DNA of 62,996 nucleotides, filler included, from Cercozoa sp. M6MM (GCA_040357565.1; 7 parts of 7 records of this genome joined end to end with filler, not necessarily neighbours in it), one strand, 5' to 3'. Shown: positions 49,722-62,996, counted from the first letter of the whole stretch. The notes: generated from the sequence alone by a model not told the origin. A program made the numbers and translations.

Positions 49722-49770
<49 letters not shown>

Positions 49771-49884
49771 NNNNNNNNNNNNNNNNNNNNNNNNNNNNNN
49801 NNNNNNNNNNNNNNTTAATTAATTAANNNNNNNNNNNNNNNNNNNNNNNNNNNNNNNNNNNNNNNNNNNNTTGTGTGTGTGTGT

Positions 49885-49940
<56 letters not shown>

Positions 49941-49980
49941 CCGGCTCGCCAGCGTTGCTATCACTGTGTGTTTGATTCAG

Positions 49981-50693
49981 AGCACGCGACGAGGTGTACG
50001 AACAAGTGCGTCGTCACAACAGTGGTGTCGTCAGGCACTCGATCATTTCTGCTACTCACATCAAGGTACGGCTGTGTGACACAATGCAGTGGTGTTCGCG
50101 AATCGCATGTGGCACTGCAGGCGATCGCACAGTACCGTGCATGCTCGTTCAACCAACTGGCGCGTCTGCATCAAGTTGATACCATCCACAGTGCACGGAA
50201 TCGACACTGGTACCTATTTCCAGGAGATATATGTGGTGCTTCACTCCTCCCCGTATAGGGAACGCTTCTTTTACGAGGTCACGCGCTTCCTGCAGCAGAA
50301 CGGCTACCCGGTTCCTGACGGCGCCGTCCGTCAATATGTGAACTGATCTGTGTCGGTTCATGCACTGTGCTCTATCTGTCTGATTGTTCAGACACCGCCT
50401 GAACCGCAGCCAGCGAAAACCTTTGAATTTGACGAAGACGACGATGTCGAACTCATCGTATCGATCACAAGACGACCACATGTGAGGATGTGCTCGTTTT
50501 CATCATGTGCCCGCTTGTGTAGGAACCAACACCTCCAAGGGCAGCTCAACCTGAGAACGATCGCAACGGCGATAACCAACGCACCGCTGTCGCCGGCATA
50601 GGCAGCAACGTGATTGACGCAGAGGCGCCGTGGCGCAGTCCCTTTTTCCAGGAGAACAACAAGATGCGAGCCCTCGATCGCATGCACATGTAG
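49981..50693 (+). CDS. 3' end of a gene with a possible HRDC domain (RecQ helicase-like)
   Basis: Five exons chain to ARDEVYEQV...HSIISATHIKAIAQYRACSFNQLARL...ERFFYEVTRF, which follows the HRDC helical pattern. No helicase motifs are in the window. Confidence 0.45.
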
Positions 50694-50815
50694 TTAGTTA
50701 GTTAGCTGAGTCTTATAACCAACGAAACCAACTATGCATGCGTGGGTCAAAAGAGCATGCACGGCAGTTCACCTCGCCTCCGCTTGGAATCACCATCTTG
50801 CGACCGTAACCCACC

Positions 50816-53800
50816 TTACTTTGGGCCAAGCATCTTGGTCGGGTCCACCCCTGTACTCGAAAACAGAACATGCCAGGGTGTGTGTCCAAAACAGGGAAGG
50901 AGTACACTCATCGAACTGCTCCGAGGTGAGGTAGCCGAGCGACATTGCGGCCTCCTTGAGCTACATCACAAAGGTCAACACATAAGGAAACACCAGGACC
51001 ACAGCACAGCACGGAGCTACCGTCAAGCCCTCCTTGTGCGCCTTCTTGGCCGTCTGAGCAGCCTCTACAAGCAATCGAATGAAGGGTTGCAAGACATACA
51101 CGCAAACAAGAGGGTACTGTCGTAGCCGATCTTGGTGTTAAGCGCCGTCACGAGCATGAGTGACTCGTTCAGCAGCTTGTGGATGCGCTCGCGGTTGGGC
51201 TAAGGTGCGCAGGTGTAAGTCATAGATCTCCAGACAATCAGACCGATAAAGCAGTCATAGAAGGCAGGGAGTTACCTCAATGCCAGCGACGCAGTTCTCA
51301 TCGAACGACAGACAAGCATCGCCTGCACACAAACACGTCGACACATGCAAAACTACATGATGTGGACCAGCTGTACCCAGAAGGCGGATGCTCTGGAGCA
51401 CAGCGTTCACCTACACAACACAAAGGTATGCAAACCAGCCAGCAAGCAATCAAAGAGGTGACGCGGGGGGAGTAACACACCATGACAGGCTTAAACACAT
51501 TGAGCTCAAAGTGGCCGTTGCTGCCGCCAATTGTCACCGTCGTGTGGTTGCCCATCACCTAAAAACATCACCGAGATCAGTTATGCAACTACTCTCTCTC
51601 CCTCCCCCTCTAACCGTGTTCATGGCAGCCGATGTGTGCAATGTACCTGGGCGCACACCATGGTCATGGCCTCGCACTGCGTCGGGTTCACCTTGCCCGG
51701 CATGATGGAGCTGCCTGGCTCGTTCTCCGGCAGCGACAGCTCGCCCAGACCGCAGCGTGGGCCGCTGCCGAGCAGACGGATGTCGTTGGCAATCTGCACA
51801 AACAGTTGTTACACACCCACACACACAGACACACAGACACACACACACAGACACACAGACACAGACACAGACACAGACACAGANNNNNNNNNNACACAGA
51901 CACACAGACACAGACACACAGACACAGACACACAGACACACACGTACCTTCATGAGCGAGACGGCGGTAACGTTAAGAGCACCGCTGATCTCGACGAGCG
52001 CATCGTGCGCCGCAAGTGCCTGAATAAGGGGAGTCATAAACTACACATGCGGAGAGAAAGGAGGCACATACAGCCAACGCACCTCGAACTTGTTGGGAGC
52101 CGACTCGAATGGCAGGCCCGTCTCCTTGCTGATCTGAGCGGCCATCTTCTGCTCAGCACACATCATGGTGTGGTGTATGAACTCAGTGACCAACACAACA
52201 AAAGCAAAGGTACAACATCGTAGCCAGCGCGCGTGTTGAGGCCGGTACCGACGGCGGTGCCACCGATGGCAAGCTGTGCAACAAGCATGCGTCACACCGA
52301 CACAAGGCAGGGACACACGGACACGGAGGCAAAGAGCACCTCCAGCACGGCAGGGAGCGCCTGCTCGATACGACGCACGGCGTTCTTCATCTGAACAAGC
52401 ACACGTGCACATGTAACAGAGTCACACATGCAGCCGCGTGGCCGGCGCTACCTGCGTGGCGTAGCCCGAGAACTCCTGACCAAGCGTGAGCGGCGTCGCG
52501 TCCTGCAGATGCGTTCGACCTGCAAATCGGACACATGCATACACATGGCACATATTGAGACACAGTAGAGTGTGCGCACCGATCTTGACAATGTCAGCAA
52601 ACTCCTGGCTCTTGTTCTACTCAGCGTCGATTTTACAACACACACCAATCAGAAAAATAGATACAAAACGGCGAGTACCTCGAGGGAGGTCTGCAGCTGC
52701 TTGAGTGCCGGCAGCAGCTCACGCGACACCTACATAGAGATAAGATAGTGTACGACTCGTGGACTGACATGAGAGAGCTCAAGTCGAGCTACCTCGCAGG
52801 CCACGGCAATGTGCATCGCCGTCGGGAAGGTGTCATTGCTGGACTGGCCCTGAACACAAGCCAAATTGAGCACACCTGGGGTGCGAAGGAAGGAATAAGC
52901 ACCTTGTTGACGTCGTCGTTGGGGTGCACCGGCGTCTTGCTACCGACCTACATTAACGTCTTCCTCCATGGGCAAAGACAGCACGGCTGCCAAAGCAAAA
53001 GGAGATAGGATGAGGAGATGCGCAAGCTACCTGTCCGCCCATAATCTCGATGGCGCGGTTGGCAATGACCTACTAGACGCAGTGTACACGCTTATACAAG
53101 ACAAAACTCAAGAGACAAGAAACGTTCAGCGGTACCTCGTTCGAGTTCATGTTGGACTGCGTGCCGCTACCTGCAAGCAGAGACAGTTAGTGATGAGGAA
53201 CACGAACACCGCATTCGAAGAGGAAACATAGTGACGGACCAGTCTGCCAGACGACGAGCGGGAAGTGCTCCATCAGCTTGCCTTCGGCGACCTGTAAATA
53301 ACAGTCTTGGCACGGTTTACGCACACAAGCGGCGCCATAAATTGATGATGTACCTCCTGGGCGGCCTGCTGGATGGCGACACTCTTGTCAGCATCGAGGT
53401 CACCTGCACAACGTGATGTCACGGTGTTGGAGCGATACAAAAAAGTGCCAACACAAAAGAGAGCTCAAAAGGAACCCAGCTCGGCGTTCACGATGGCCGC
53501 AGACTTCTTCAAGACACCGAACGCCTTGATCAGAGGATCTACGGATGCTTGATTCTTCAGTTTCTGATACCAGCAAACACCCACCAGAGATTGACAGTTG
53601 GCAGGGGCGTACCGCGCATGCGCTCGCGAGCGCCGCCAATACGGAAGTTCATCGTCGAACGTTGCGTCTGAGCGCCCCAGTAACTGCACTCAAGTCGGCA
53701 TCGCTCAACCCAAAAAAGATCATGTGGTTGGCATCTACCGATCCGCGGGAACTTCGAGGTTGCCCATCGTGTCGGACTCCGTACGCGTCTGCAAAAACAC

Positions 53801-53950
53801 AGTACGTAAGCTACCGAAACAACACGAGGAGGAGAGAAGAAAGAAAGCCACAGCGGTCGGGTCGGCGCCTTGCACAACCATCGAGCGCTTCGACAGAGCC
53901 GGCAACGGCAGCGACAAACGCGACATGCGGGCAGCTCGGAACAGCGACAT
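50816..53950 (-). CDS. fumC: Fumarate hydratase class II, mitochondrial (25 exons by manual count)
   Basis: Motifs [49 protein letters not shown], signature [15 protein letters not shown] and [10 protein letters not shown]. Confidence 0.98.
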
Positions 53951-54245
53951 TCAAACAGAATGAGCAAGAGTTGTCTGCTTGGTACACAGCACTGCACTCT
54001 AGTTGTTATGGAAATGCAAAACAACGAGCCATGGGCTCGCAGCCCAAAATTTTGAGCCGGAATTTGTTTGGAGTCGGAAACACATCATCTGGGCCGCCAG
54101 TTGACACACACGTGCGTATATGCGTGTGTGAGAGCGTTTTTTGTAATTTCCAGCGGCTAGGTGCTCTTAGAGTGTCTGTGAGCGTTTGTCAGGTTTTTGT
54201 TCTTTCGCAAGGGTTTGTTTTTTTAGATTGTGTGTGTTTGTTAGG

Positions 54246-54736
54246 ATGCACCCGTTCCTGCTGAAGAAGCAGTTTCACGTGCACCGCAAAGACCGCGTGC
54301 ACGAAGTTTATGTGGCAGAACAGGAAGCGAAGCAACGCAAGAAACGGGTACCCTGTGCAATAACTGTGCTTTTGGTTGTCACCATCGGTTGTGTTGCAGT
54401 TGGAGGATCGAAAGAAAATTCTCGAGAATGAGCGACTTGAGGTAAGCGAACACTATAAGCAACAAAGTGTAGAAAGCAATGTTTTGGCAGCGTGAGTCTA
54501 CACACCTATCTGTTGTTGTTGGGTGCAGAGGGATATCGTGCTGCAGTCGTCCGACCGCGGTGGGCACAAACAGCGTCGACTGGACTTCCTGTACGATGCG
54601 CCGCCGGGCATGATCACTACGCTGCGCAGGGAGCGAGTCGAGGAGGGTTCGTCCTTCGTACGTCATGTGTTTCTTCTTTTAAGTCCGTGTTTTGCAGAGA
54701 GAAAACAGCTCGAGGAAGAACTACTACAGGCCAAAG
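54246..54736 (+). CDS. CIR1: CIR1/Cwc25-family (Cir_N domain) protein, 5' part
   Basis: FLLKKQFH...VYVAEQ...LDFLYDAPPG matches the Cir_N pattern as recalled. Confidence 0.72.
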
Positions 54737-54786
<50 letters not shown>

Positions 54787-54924
54787 NNNNNNNNNNNNNN
54801 NNNNNNNNNNNNNNNNNNNNNNNNNNNNNNTTAATTAATTAANNNNNNNNNNNNNNNNNNNNNNNNNNNNNNNNNNNNNNNNNNNNCCCCCCCCCCTCCA
54901 TCCCTCTTACCCCCCTCCCTGCAG

Positions 54925-57105
54925 CGCGAAGGAGACGGACTGGCTGGGATCGCAGTGGGCCAGCATGCTGAACCCGCGCGAATCGGCTGGCGGGTAGGCT
55001 CTTTACCCTTTATCTCCTTAACCCTTACCCCCCCCCCCGTGTAGACCGGTGACGGGCGTGTCCAAGGACACGTTGTTGTCGCTCAAGGACAAGCTGTCCG
55101 CTGTACAACTTCTACCCCCTTCTACCTCTACCCCTTATCCACTTGTACACAGGTGCCGGCTGACTTCAAGCTGCACCGCAACATTGCGCGAATCATGAAG
55201 AAGAAGGCCGAAATGTTTGAGTCTGGTGAGGGCTTTGACTGGGTAACTTCCCTGCTATGTTGCGCCCCCTTAATCATTCACCGTGCACCCCCTTAATTAG
55301 GGCACGGCCGAGTCGCTCGCTTTCGCGACGTTGCTGCAGGAGGTAGTTTTTGCCCCACACTCCACTTTACCCCCGACCCCCTCCCCCCCCCCCCCCCCAG
55401 GGCACGCACGTGCGTCTCTCGGGTCAGGACGTCGAGCGTGGCACTTTCTCGCACCGGTAGCTGTCCTCCAGTCCTCTGTTTCCTTTAACCCCCCTCCTGT
55501 GTGTTTGCAGACACGCCGTGATGCACTGCCAGGAGTCGGGCGATCGTCGCACGTACTCGCCGCTGCAGAACCTGTCGGACAACCAGGTATCCCAAGGAGT
55601 GGGGTGTATGGAGGAGGTGGGAGTAAGATACACTATATCATGTGTAGGCGGCCTTCTCGGTGTCGAATTCGCATCTTTCGGAGTTTGGCGTGCTCGGCTT
55701 TGAGTTCGGTACACTGGGACACTGTCTCTATAAAGGGGCGATTGAGATTAAGGGGGCGTATGATGTGTAGGCTACTCGCTGGAGAACCCGAACTCTTTGG
55801 TGCTGTGGGAGGCGCAGTTCGGTGACTTCTTCAACGGCGCGCAGGTTTNNNNNNNNNNNNNNNNNNNNNNNNNNNNNNNNNNNNNNNNNNNNNNNNNNNN
55901 NNNNNNNNNNNNNNNNNNNNNNNNNNNNNNNNNNNNNNNNNNNNNNNNGGCCCCCCCCCCCCCCCCTATCGACAGGGCCCGGAGCACTCAAGCGGTCGTC
56001 TGGAGCGTTTCCTGCAGATGAGCAACGACGACCCGGACGCGCCGTTCCCGGCCGAGCAGCGTGTCGCGCTGTCCAACTGGCAGGTAGTGCCTGCCGCTTG
56101 CCCTTGCCCCTATCACCCCCTCTTACCCCTCGGCCTTCTCTTTCCAGGTGGTGCAATGCACGACGCCGGCGAACTACTTCCACGCGCTGCGTCGACAGGT
56201 GCAGCGACAGTTCCGCAAGCCGCTGATCTGCTTCAATCCCAAGTCGCTGCTCAAGTACCGCGAGTGCGTCTCATCGATCGAGGACTTTGCCGAGGTGCCC
56301 CCCGTGTTCTTTATCCCTACCCCTTTAGTCCTTACCCCTCCGCCCCTACCACGCAGGGCAGCAAGTTCCAGCCGGTGCTGGGCGATACCGAGGTGGAAGC
56401 CGACAAGGTGCGCAAGGTCGTGTTGTGCTCGGGCAAGGTGTACTTTGACCTGCTGCGACACCGACGTGAGACTGGCGGTAGATATATTTTACTTTGCCCT
56501 GACCCCCTTTACCACCCTCTTTACCCCCCCCCCTGACTCTATAGACAACGACGTCGCTCTCGTTCGTGTCGAGCAGCTGGTGAGATATTTGCCCCACCCC
56601 CCCCCCCCCCCCCGTTGCCCCTTACCCCGCTTACCCCCTCTGTAGACGCCGTTCCCGTACGAGGAGGTGGCGCAGCAAGTGCAGCAGTTCTCGGACGAGG
56701 CCGAGCTCGTCTGGTGCCAGGAGGAGCCCAAGAACATGGGTACGCCCCCTTAAACAATCTATTGTTTCCGTTGCCTTAATAATCGTTGTTGGACAGGTGC
56801 CTTCACGTACGTTGAGCCGCGTATCCGTACGGCCACTGGCAAGGTGCGTTCTGGCGTGTTATTCAGGAGGGCGGGTAAAGGAGTATGTATGTGTGTGTGC
56901 TGTGTGTCCGCAGACTAGACAAGTCACGTACGCCGGTCGACCGGCCGCTGCCTCGCCAGCCACCGGTCTTGGCAAGGTATTGTTGTTGATGTTCCCTTTT
57001 TTTAATACATTATTGTATATATATATATATATGCTTGTGTTTGGTCCGATGCAGGCTGTGCACGACGCCGAGATCGCTGCTTTCCTGGAGACCGCCTACG
57101 AGTGA
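54925..57105 (+). CDS. OGDH: 2-oxoglutarate dehydrogenase E1 subunit, 3' part
   Basis: Motifs [73 protein letters not shown] and ASPATG. Confidence 0.97.
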
Positions 57106-57640
57106 ATTCCGGACTCGTCACGTCGTTCCTGAGTCGCACCCGACAGCCCTTGAGCGTTGTGGACGATGAGAGATGGGTATCGATTTGGGACGACTGAACT
57201 CTGACTTGTATTTGACGTGATGGATGGTTCCCGGTTCAATTCGGCGGTCTGTTCGTTATCATTAACTGACTTTTCTCTTTTCTGACGCGTCGCGAGTCGA
57301 GAAGAAAACGAAAATCAACTGAAGAAACCCACTGCCTCCGGATCCGACGGACGGCCGGGCAGTTCCGTTCATGCAGATCTGAGCTCATGCGTCCGGTTCC
57401 CCGCATCGCGTGACCAGCTACTGTACCCGCTCCGTTAATTGTTGGTAAAGCCGACGCATAAGACGCCGTAGCCGAGGGCAGCATCTAGTTGTGCCCACTG
57501 ACTTAGATTCACCGAGCTATGAGTGAGCCAAAGTTGGTTGCGTTAACGTTGGAACAAAACGGAAGTTATTGTGCACCGTCGGGCACAAGCTATGGTCAGT
57601 ACGGCGTTGATTGTTTCAACCGGTGCGTAGCGATCGACGA

Positions 57641-59060
57641 TTACTCGCTTGGCACGGAACCGGGAGCGCCGGGGCCGTCGTCCATGCGTTGCTCGCCGGT
57701 AGCGGCGCTCTCAGCCTCGGTGCTGCCGTTGCCACTCGGATGCTCGGAGGAAGCACTGCTGGCGCCGGCCTGCGACTGCGACGGTGCTTGCTGCTGCTGC
57801 GACGGTTGCTGTTGCTGCGGTTGTTGCTGCTGCTGGTTGGGTGGCACCTGTGTTTGCTGTTGCGCCTGCTGTGCCTGTTGCTGTGCATGCTGCTGAGCTT
57901 GTTGAGCTTGCTGTTGCGCCTGCTGCTGCTGGTAGTACATTTGCTGCTGCTGTGGAGACATGCAATGTTTAGACATAGGCTTGACATGGACTGACACACA
58001 AGAAAGGAGTGTACCAGGTACTGCATGTACTCGTTTGACATTTGCGTCTGCATCGGCATTGTCTGTGTCACGGGGAATGAGTAAAGGGGTATCAGGGGGA
58101 CAAGGGGAACAAGAAGATACCTGCGGCATCGGCAGCGACGGCGGCTGCACCTGCGGTGCCGGATTCGGCAACTGCGCCTGTGCCTGCAGCTGCGACTGCA
58201 TCGATTGGTGAAGGGGGAGGGGAAAGGGGGCTAAAATAATATTACATCGCGTGAACTCGTCTTGCGCACACTGTCAAGGGCCTGCACGACCTCGGGTATG
58301 TCGTTGTGTTCAATATAGGTCTCGTTCATCAACTTCAGCGGCGGCCAGCCTACACCAGACACCAGGGGGAAAGGTTAAGCAGGAGGGTAGGGGGTAAGAA
58401 TGAACTCGAGTTGTACCCTGGAAGCGGAACTCAACGGCAGAGTTCGGGTCCGACAGACGGAGCTGTGGGGGGGGGGGGTAAGAGGAGACAACAGGGTAAG
58501 AGGTTAAAGCACCTGCGCGCGAATGAAGTCGGCAAGCTGGCGACGACGCGCCTCGTTGATGTTCTGCGAGCGCAGAGTGCCGCATCGCACCTGTGCACGT
58601 GTCCATCCAATCACTTAGTGGTCACCCCAATCAGGTGGTCATAACGATCAAGGGTACCAGGTGACGCGAGATGTCGTTGGCTGACGCCGGCGCCTGCATG
58701 CGGTAGTTACGCGCGCAGAAGGGACAGTGCCACAGCGACAGCGAGGTGCACGTGCGGCCCAGGTTCGGGTACACCTTGTTGAGCACGGTGCGCATGTTGT
58801 CCAGTCGCACCTGCGCACGTGTGGCAAGTGACCCACGGTCTACCGACCACGTGCCAAGGCAGAGAAAGTACCAGTGCGTTGAGTAGACGCGGCTCACGCG
58901 GGATCCACGCCGCGTACCATGCGCGCACGGCCTCGCGATCGTTGTTGCCGAGCGAGCGCAGCTGCCGGAAGCCTTCCTGCGAGTTGTCCGGCTTGCCGTG
59001 CGTCGTGCGACGTCGCTTCTTCGGCGCCGACACCGGTACGGCCTGTCGACCGATCGCTGC
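57641..59060 (-). CDS. Gln-rich nuclear protein with NLS and C2HC-like zinc finger, 3' part (putative transcription factor)
   Basis: Contains PKKRRR. Splicing gives WHCPFC...ISRHLVRC, and the C-terminal exon is poly-Gln. Confidence 0.6.
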
Positions 59061-59175
59061 CTGCGGGGGGGGGGGNNNNNNNNNNNNNNNNNNNNNNNNN
59101 NNNNNNNNNNNNNNNNNNNTTAATTAATTAANNNNNNNNNNNNNNNNNNNNNNNNNNNNNNNNNNNNNNNNNNNN

Positions 59176-59546
59176 TGCTTGATGCGCATCTCCATCTGCA
59201 GACGCTGCTGCACCTGCAAAAACAAGCTTGTCCACACACTGAGAACAAGCGTGTTGACACGCACCGGCTTGAACCGCGCGGCGCCAAGTTGCAGCTGATC
59301 GTCGGCGTACGGACGCTCACGCGGCCTCAGCGGGTACTACACACGCACAAACGCCGCCTTAAGAATTATTCGCTGGACTACACACAGCGAGGCCTACCTG
59401 AGCCAGGATCATTTGGTGCGTCGATATCAGCTGATTCGACAGCACCTAACACACACCAGAATACAGAGTCTTTGCAGATTTTTGATTATTCGTATTTGTT
59501 TGATCAATACCACTGGGATCTCGCACACAATATCGTCGTCCGACAT
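59176..59546 (-). CDS. POLR3E: RNA polymerase III subunit RPC5 (C37), 5' part
   Basis: Spliced sequence MSDDDIVCEIPVVLSNQL...ILAQYPLRPRERPY...ARFKPVQQRLQMEM. Confidence 0.85.
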
Positions 59547-59814
59547 GGCGGTTGGTGTCACCGTGTGTGCGCACGTACGGTATTAGCCTGCACGGTGTCT
59601 CTCCGTACAAAGCGCTTGCTTGCGCACGAATAATTTTTGTTTTCGATCCAGGAAGTTCGTACAATCCGAACATTTTGTACTGTACTGTACGACAAAGAGC
59701 CAAAAAGTTTGACTGGTCCCGGCAGTATTGTGCAATTCTACGGCGTGCCAGCGGTTGCAAGCAGAGTGTGTTTCCACTGTGTAAGCGTGTGAGCAATCCA
59801 GAGTTGTTGCAAGA

Positions 59815-61878
59815 ATGTCGCTGAGCGAGGAAGGTGAGAACTGATCTCAGTCAGTCCAGCGATGCCGTTGACGTGTCTGTACGTGTGCTTCGTGTTCCTG
59901 CAGACGCGCAGTTTTTCCGACAGCAACTCTCTGACGTTCGCGAGAAGCAAGACAAGCTGCGGTAAGCTTTTTGTGTGCTGTATGCTGTGTGTATTCTGGT
60001 ATTCTGGTGTGTATACTCTGATGTGACCCTGATGTCGGTAGGCGTCTGTACCCGCAGCGACTGCGAGCGCTGAACAATGCGTTCGACGAATTGGACGCAT
60101 TAGTGGCAGAGCACAAGGTATTACGCTTTACCCCCCACCCCACCTCCACCCCACCTCCACCCCACCCCCAGGACCTGGAGAACGACCACGAGCAACTGAC
60201 GCACGTTCTGCACGATCTCGCTTCGCGCGGCTCTGCCGACTGTGACAAGGTTGTTCGGGTGTGTACCTGTGTAGACACTTGATCCTATCACAAACAAGCT
60301 TGTTTGTGTGCAGCCAGAGAACTGCGTGTCAACTCTGGCGACCGAGTTTTTCGAAATCGAAAAAACGCAGCGCGAGCTTCGACGCGATGTCAACTGTAGT
60401 TTTACCCCCCCCCCCCCACCTACTGACCTTCCTACCCTCTCCCCCCTATCTAGCACTGGAGCCAAAGACAGGCGGAACGTTTATTTCTACCCTCATGGGC
60501 AACATCAATGGTGTGTCTATGTGTATGTGTATGCGTATGTGTATGTATGCGTATGTGTATGCATGTATATGTGCAGTACGACTGTGGCGCAAGTCGGACA
60601 AAACAGCGCTGCGACGCGAATATGACGCCTTCAAGGAGGTACCCTCTTTACTCCCTCCTTCCTCTTTACCCCCCCCCTCGTAGAGTGCGACGCGCATGTT
60701 CTGTGCGTTGGCGTTGGTGTCGCTGCTGCTGTCGTTTTTCGATGTGCCGGCTTTCATTCAGGTTTTACCCCCCCCCCTTACCCCTACCTCTACCCTCCTA
60801 CCCCCTCTACCTTTCCTCCATAGAACACGTTCGCGACGCTGCATCAGATCTGGATGCTGTACTTTTACAGTTCGCTGGCTATCCGCGAGAACATCCTCAA
60901 GGTCAACGGGTCCAAGATCCGCCGGTATGCCCCTAGCCCTTTATCCCCGTCCCCTTAACCCTACTTCTTAATCCTTAGCCCCCTTAACCCCCTCACCCTT
61001 AAGCCCTACCCTTCTTAACCCTACCCCTTAACCCTACCCCCTACCTCTCAGTTGGTGGATCTTGCACCACTACGTGGCCATGACGCTGTTCGTGGTGGCG
61101 CGTGCCGTTCACACCAGCGTGGTGGCACTGCTGTGGGACGACTGCGTCGTTCTCTTCCTGCTGTGGCAGGGCGTCGTCATGCTTGTGCAGTACCCCCCCC
61201 NNNNNNNNNNNNNNNNNNNNNNNNNNNNNNNNNNNNNNNNNNNNNNNNNNNNNNNNNNNNNNNNNNNNNNNNNNNNNNNNNNNNNNNNNNNNNNNNNNNN
61301 GGGGGGGTAAAATGTAGTCTCGTCGGCCAGCGAAACGCTGAGTGAGAAACCGGCGGATTTGCAGATTTTGGTGCCGCTGCTGTTCGCCACGTACATTGGT
61401 AGTTTCACCCCCCTGTTTACCCCCCTGTTTACCCCCCTGTTTACCCCTTGTTTACCCCCTGTTTACCCCCAGGCGAGTTCGGCTTTGCTCTGCGCACCTT
61501 CTTGATTTGGGTACACCATTACCCCCTATCCCTCCCCCCTATCCATCCCCCCTACCTTCTCCCCCCTGGGCACTGGGCAGGTCAACACGAGCAGCACGCA
61601 GGTGCTCGTAGTGTCGCTGCTGTGGCTCACACTCGCTGTCGGCAACTCGGTATCGCCAGCATGCCTGCCATGTGGCTGCAACATGGCTACTATGTGGCTA
61701 CTCTGTGGCGACAATGTGGCTACTCTTGCAGAGCACGACGTTCGCCGTGCTGCGGCGGAAAAAACAGCGCGCCGACCCGCAGCGCCAGTTCGTGCAGCGC
61801 TTCATTGACAGTGCCGCCTCCGGCTCAGCCGTCGAGCCGGACGCTGAGCCCCCAAACGCCGACAAGAAGACGCAGTAG
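59815..61878 (+). CDS. TMEM120: TMEM120/TMPIT family membrane protein
   Basis: Motifs PKTGGTFISTLMGNINV, EYDAFK and LAIRENILKVNGSKIRRWWILHHYV. An N gap lies at 61201-61300. Confidence 0.9.
61402..61470 (+). repeat. Intronic tandem array (CTGTTTACCCCC-type, about 6 copies)
   Basis: Read directly; fills intron 61399-61472. Confidence 0.95.
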
Positions 61879-62078
61879 AACGCCCATTGTTTAGTGCACT
61901 TAGTTCTCTGTCCAATCACTAAAGTTTAGAGCGTTTTACTGCAGCGATCGCCGATTTGTTGACACAATGTGAAATGGACCGTCCGTATGGACGGAGTGGC
62001 CACTTTGCCAGCAGCCGTGTTTTGCTCCGTGCTGCACACTACGCACTGCTTTGACAGCAAAACAACACACAGAACACG

Positions 62079-62934
62079 ATGTCGCGTCGTAAAGATAAGG
62101 TGCAGGTGCCGGCCGAAGTCAAGCAAGCCTTGCGTGTGCGTTTCTCTTGCTATATTAATTTTCCCCTTTGGCCATTCTTGATAGCAAAGTGGCACTTTTG
62201 CAGGCTGTGTTGAGCGACGAAGACGACACAAACTGGCTCGTTGTTGATTACGCCGATGTGAACACTCTGCACGTGAAGGTTTGACTTGCAGTTCCGGCGA
62301 CTTTTGAGTCGCTCGAATCAGTCGTTTGCTGCTTTGCAGGCTTCGGGCGCTGTCGGCAGCGAAGATTCGCCACTCGAGGCAGCTCGTGCGCATCTTGAGG
62401 ACAACGTTGTGCGTTGCCCCTTGTTTCCTTTTGCTGATGTTGCTTGCTTTTTGCTCTGGCTTTGCTTTGTTTAGCTTTACTTTTGCTTTTGCTTCGGCTT
62501 TGCTGTTGCTTCGGCTTTGCTGTTGCTTCGGCTTTGCTTTTGCTGCAACTTTGCTTTTTGCTTTTTGCTTTTGCTTTTGCAACTTTAGTAGTTGTAGCGA
62601 GCTTTACTTGTGTAAATAAGGAGTCAGCGTGGATGTTGGATTGTGCAGGAAGCGTACCTGCTGCTGCGGTACCAGCACATGTACGGCAGCAAGTTCGCGT
62701 GGGTGTTCTGGCGGCCGGATCGTGTGTCGCCGCTTCGCAAGGCGCTGCTGTCGACGCACAAGCCGCAGGTTGAAAATGCAATGAAGCCGCATCAGTACTG
62801 TTTTTTACCTCTCCCCACACGTTACCCCTTAACCCCCCCCCCCCCCCACTCAGGGTGCAGCTGGTGGCCTGTGATCACGATGAACTCACGGAGGAAGCCA
62901 TCATGGACAAGATCAACTTTGCTGCTGGCACCAA
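62079..62934 (+). CDS. ADF-H domain protein (coactosin/drebrin-like), continues beyond window
   Basis: Motifs VLSDEDDTNWLVVDY, AYLLLR, KFAWVFW, VSPLRKALLSTHK and DELTEEAIMDKI. Confidence 0.85.
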
Positions 62935-62996
62935 GTACTCCCTTCCCTACCTACCTTTATGCTACCTCCCTTTACCCCTCCTCCCTACCCCCCCCC

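Noticed and set aside
17977-57105. Apparent TCA-cycle gene cluster (citrate synthase, fumarase, OGDH)
   Set aside because: The three genes lie on different scaffolds separated by artificial linkers, so there is no evidence of linkage.
61926-62820. Lys/Ala-rich, histone H1-like minus-strand ORFs
   Set aside because: They are the antisense reading of a GCTTTT-type repeat in an intron (62409-62648) of the plus-strand coactosin-like gene.

Overview
This is eukaryotic nuclear DNA from a compact, very intron-dense protist genome, not prokaryotic or viral. Introns are mostly GT-AG and about 50-90 nt, and the genetic code is standard. The window is an artificial concatenation of seven scaffolds joined by 44N-TTAATTAATTAA-44N linkers, so gene order is only meaningful within each piece. 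By splicing manually I reconstructed about 27 genes. Recognisable ones include IFT172, citrate synthase, fumarase, OGDH E1, quinone oxidoreductase, cytochrome b5 reductase, ORC4, mitochondrial HslV, histone H2B, a CDC27-like protein, PINX1, CIR1/Cwc25, RPC5, TMEM120, a coactosin-like protein, a triple-SH3 protein, a bromodomain protein, an Ulp1-like protease and two RING variants. There are also three novel secreted or surface proteins. The gene set implies an aerobic cell with a flagellar apparatus. The most unusual signals are in the introns: (1) a sense-strand C-rich TTTACCCC element recurs across many genes and is amplified into tandem arrays, including two near-identical repeat-built introns in unrelated genes on different scaffolds; (2) GTAC rather than GTRAGT is the dominant donor; (3) all long microsatellites are intronic. 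Other highlights are a candidate CEP295/Ana1 homologue, two related decayed retroelement 3' ends, and a frameshifted large secreted protein. Family assignments come from remembered motifs, not database searches. Exon boundaries are manual predictions.
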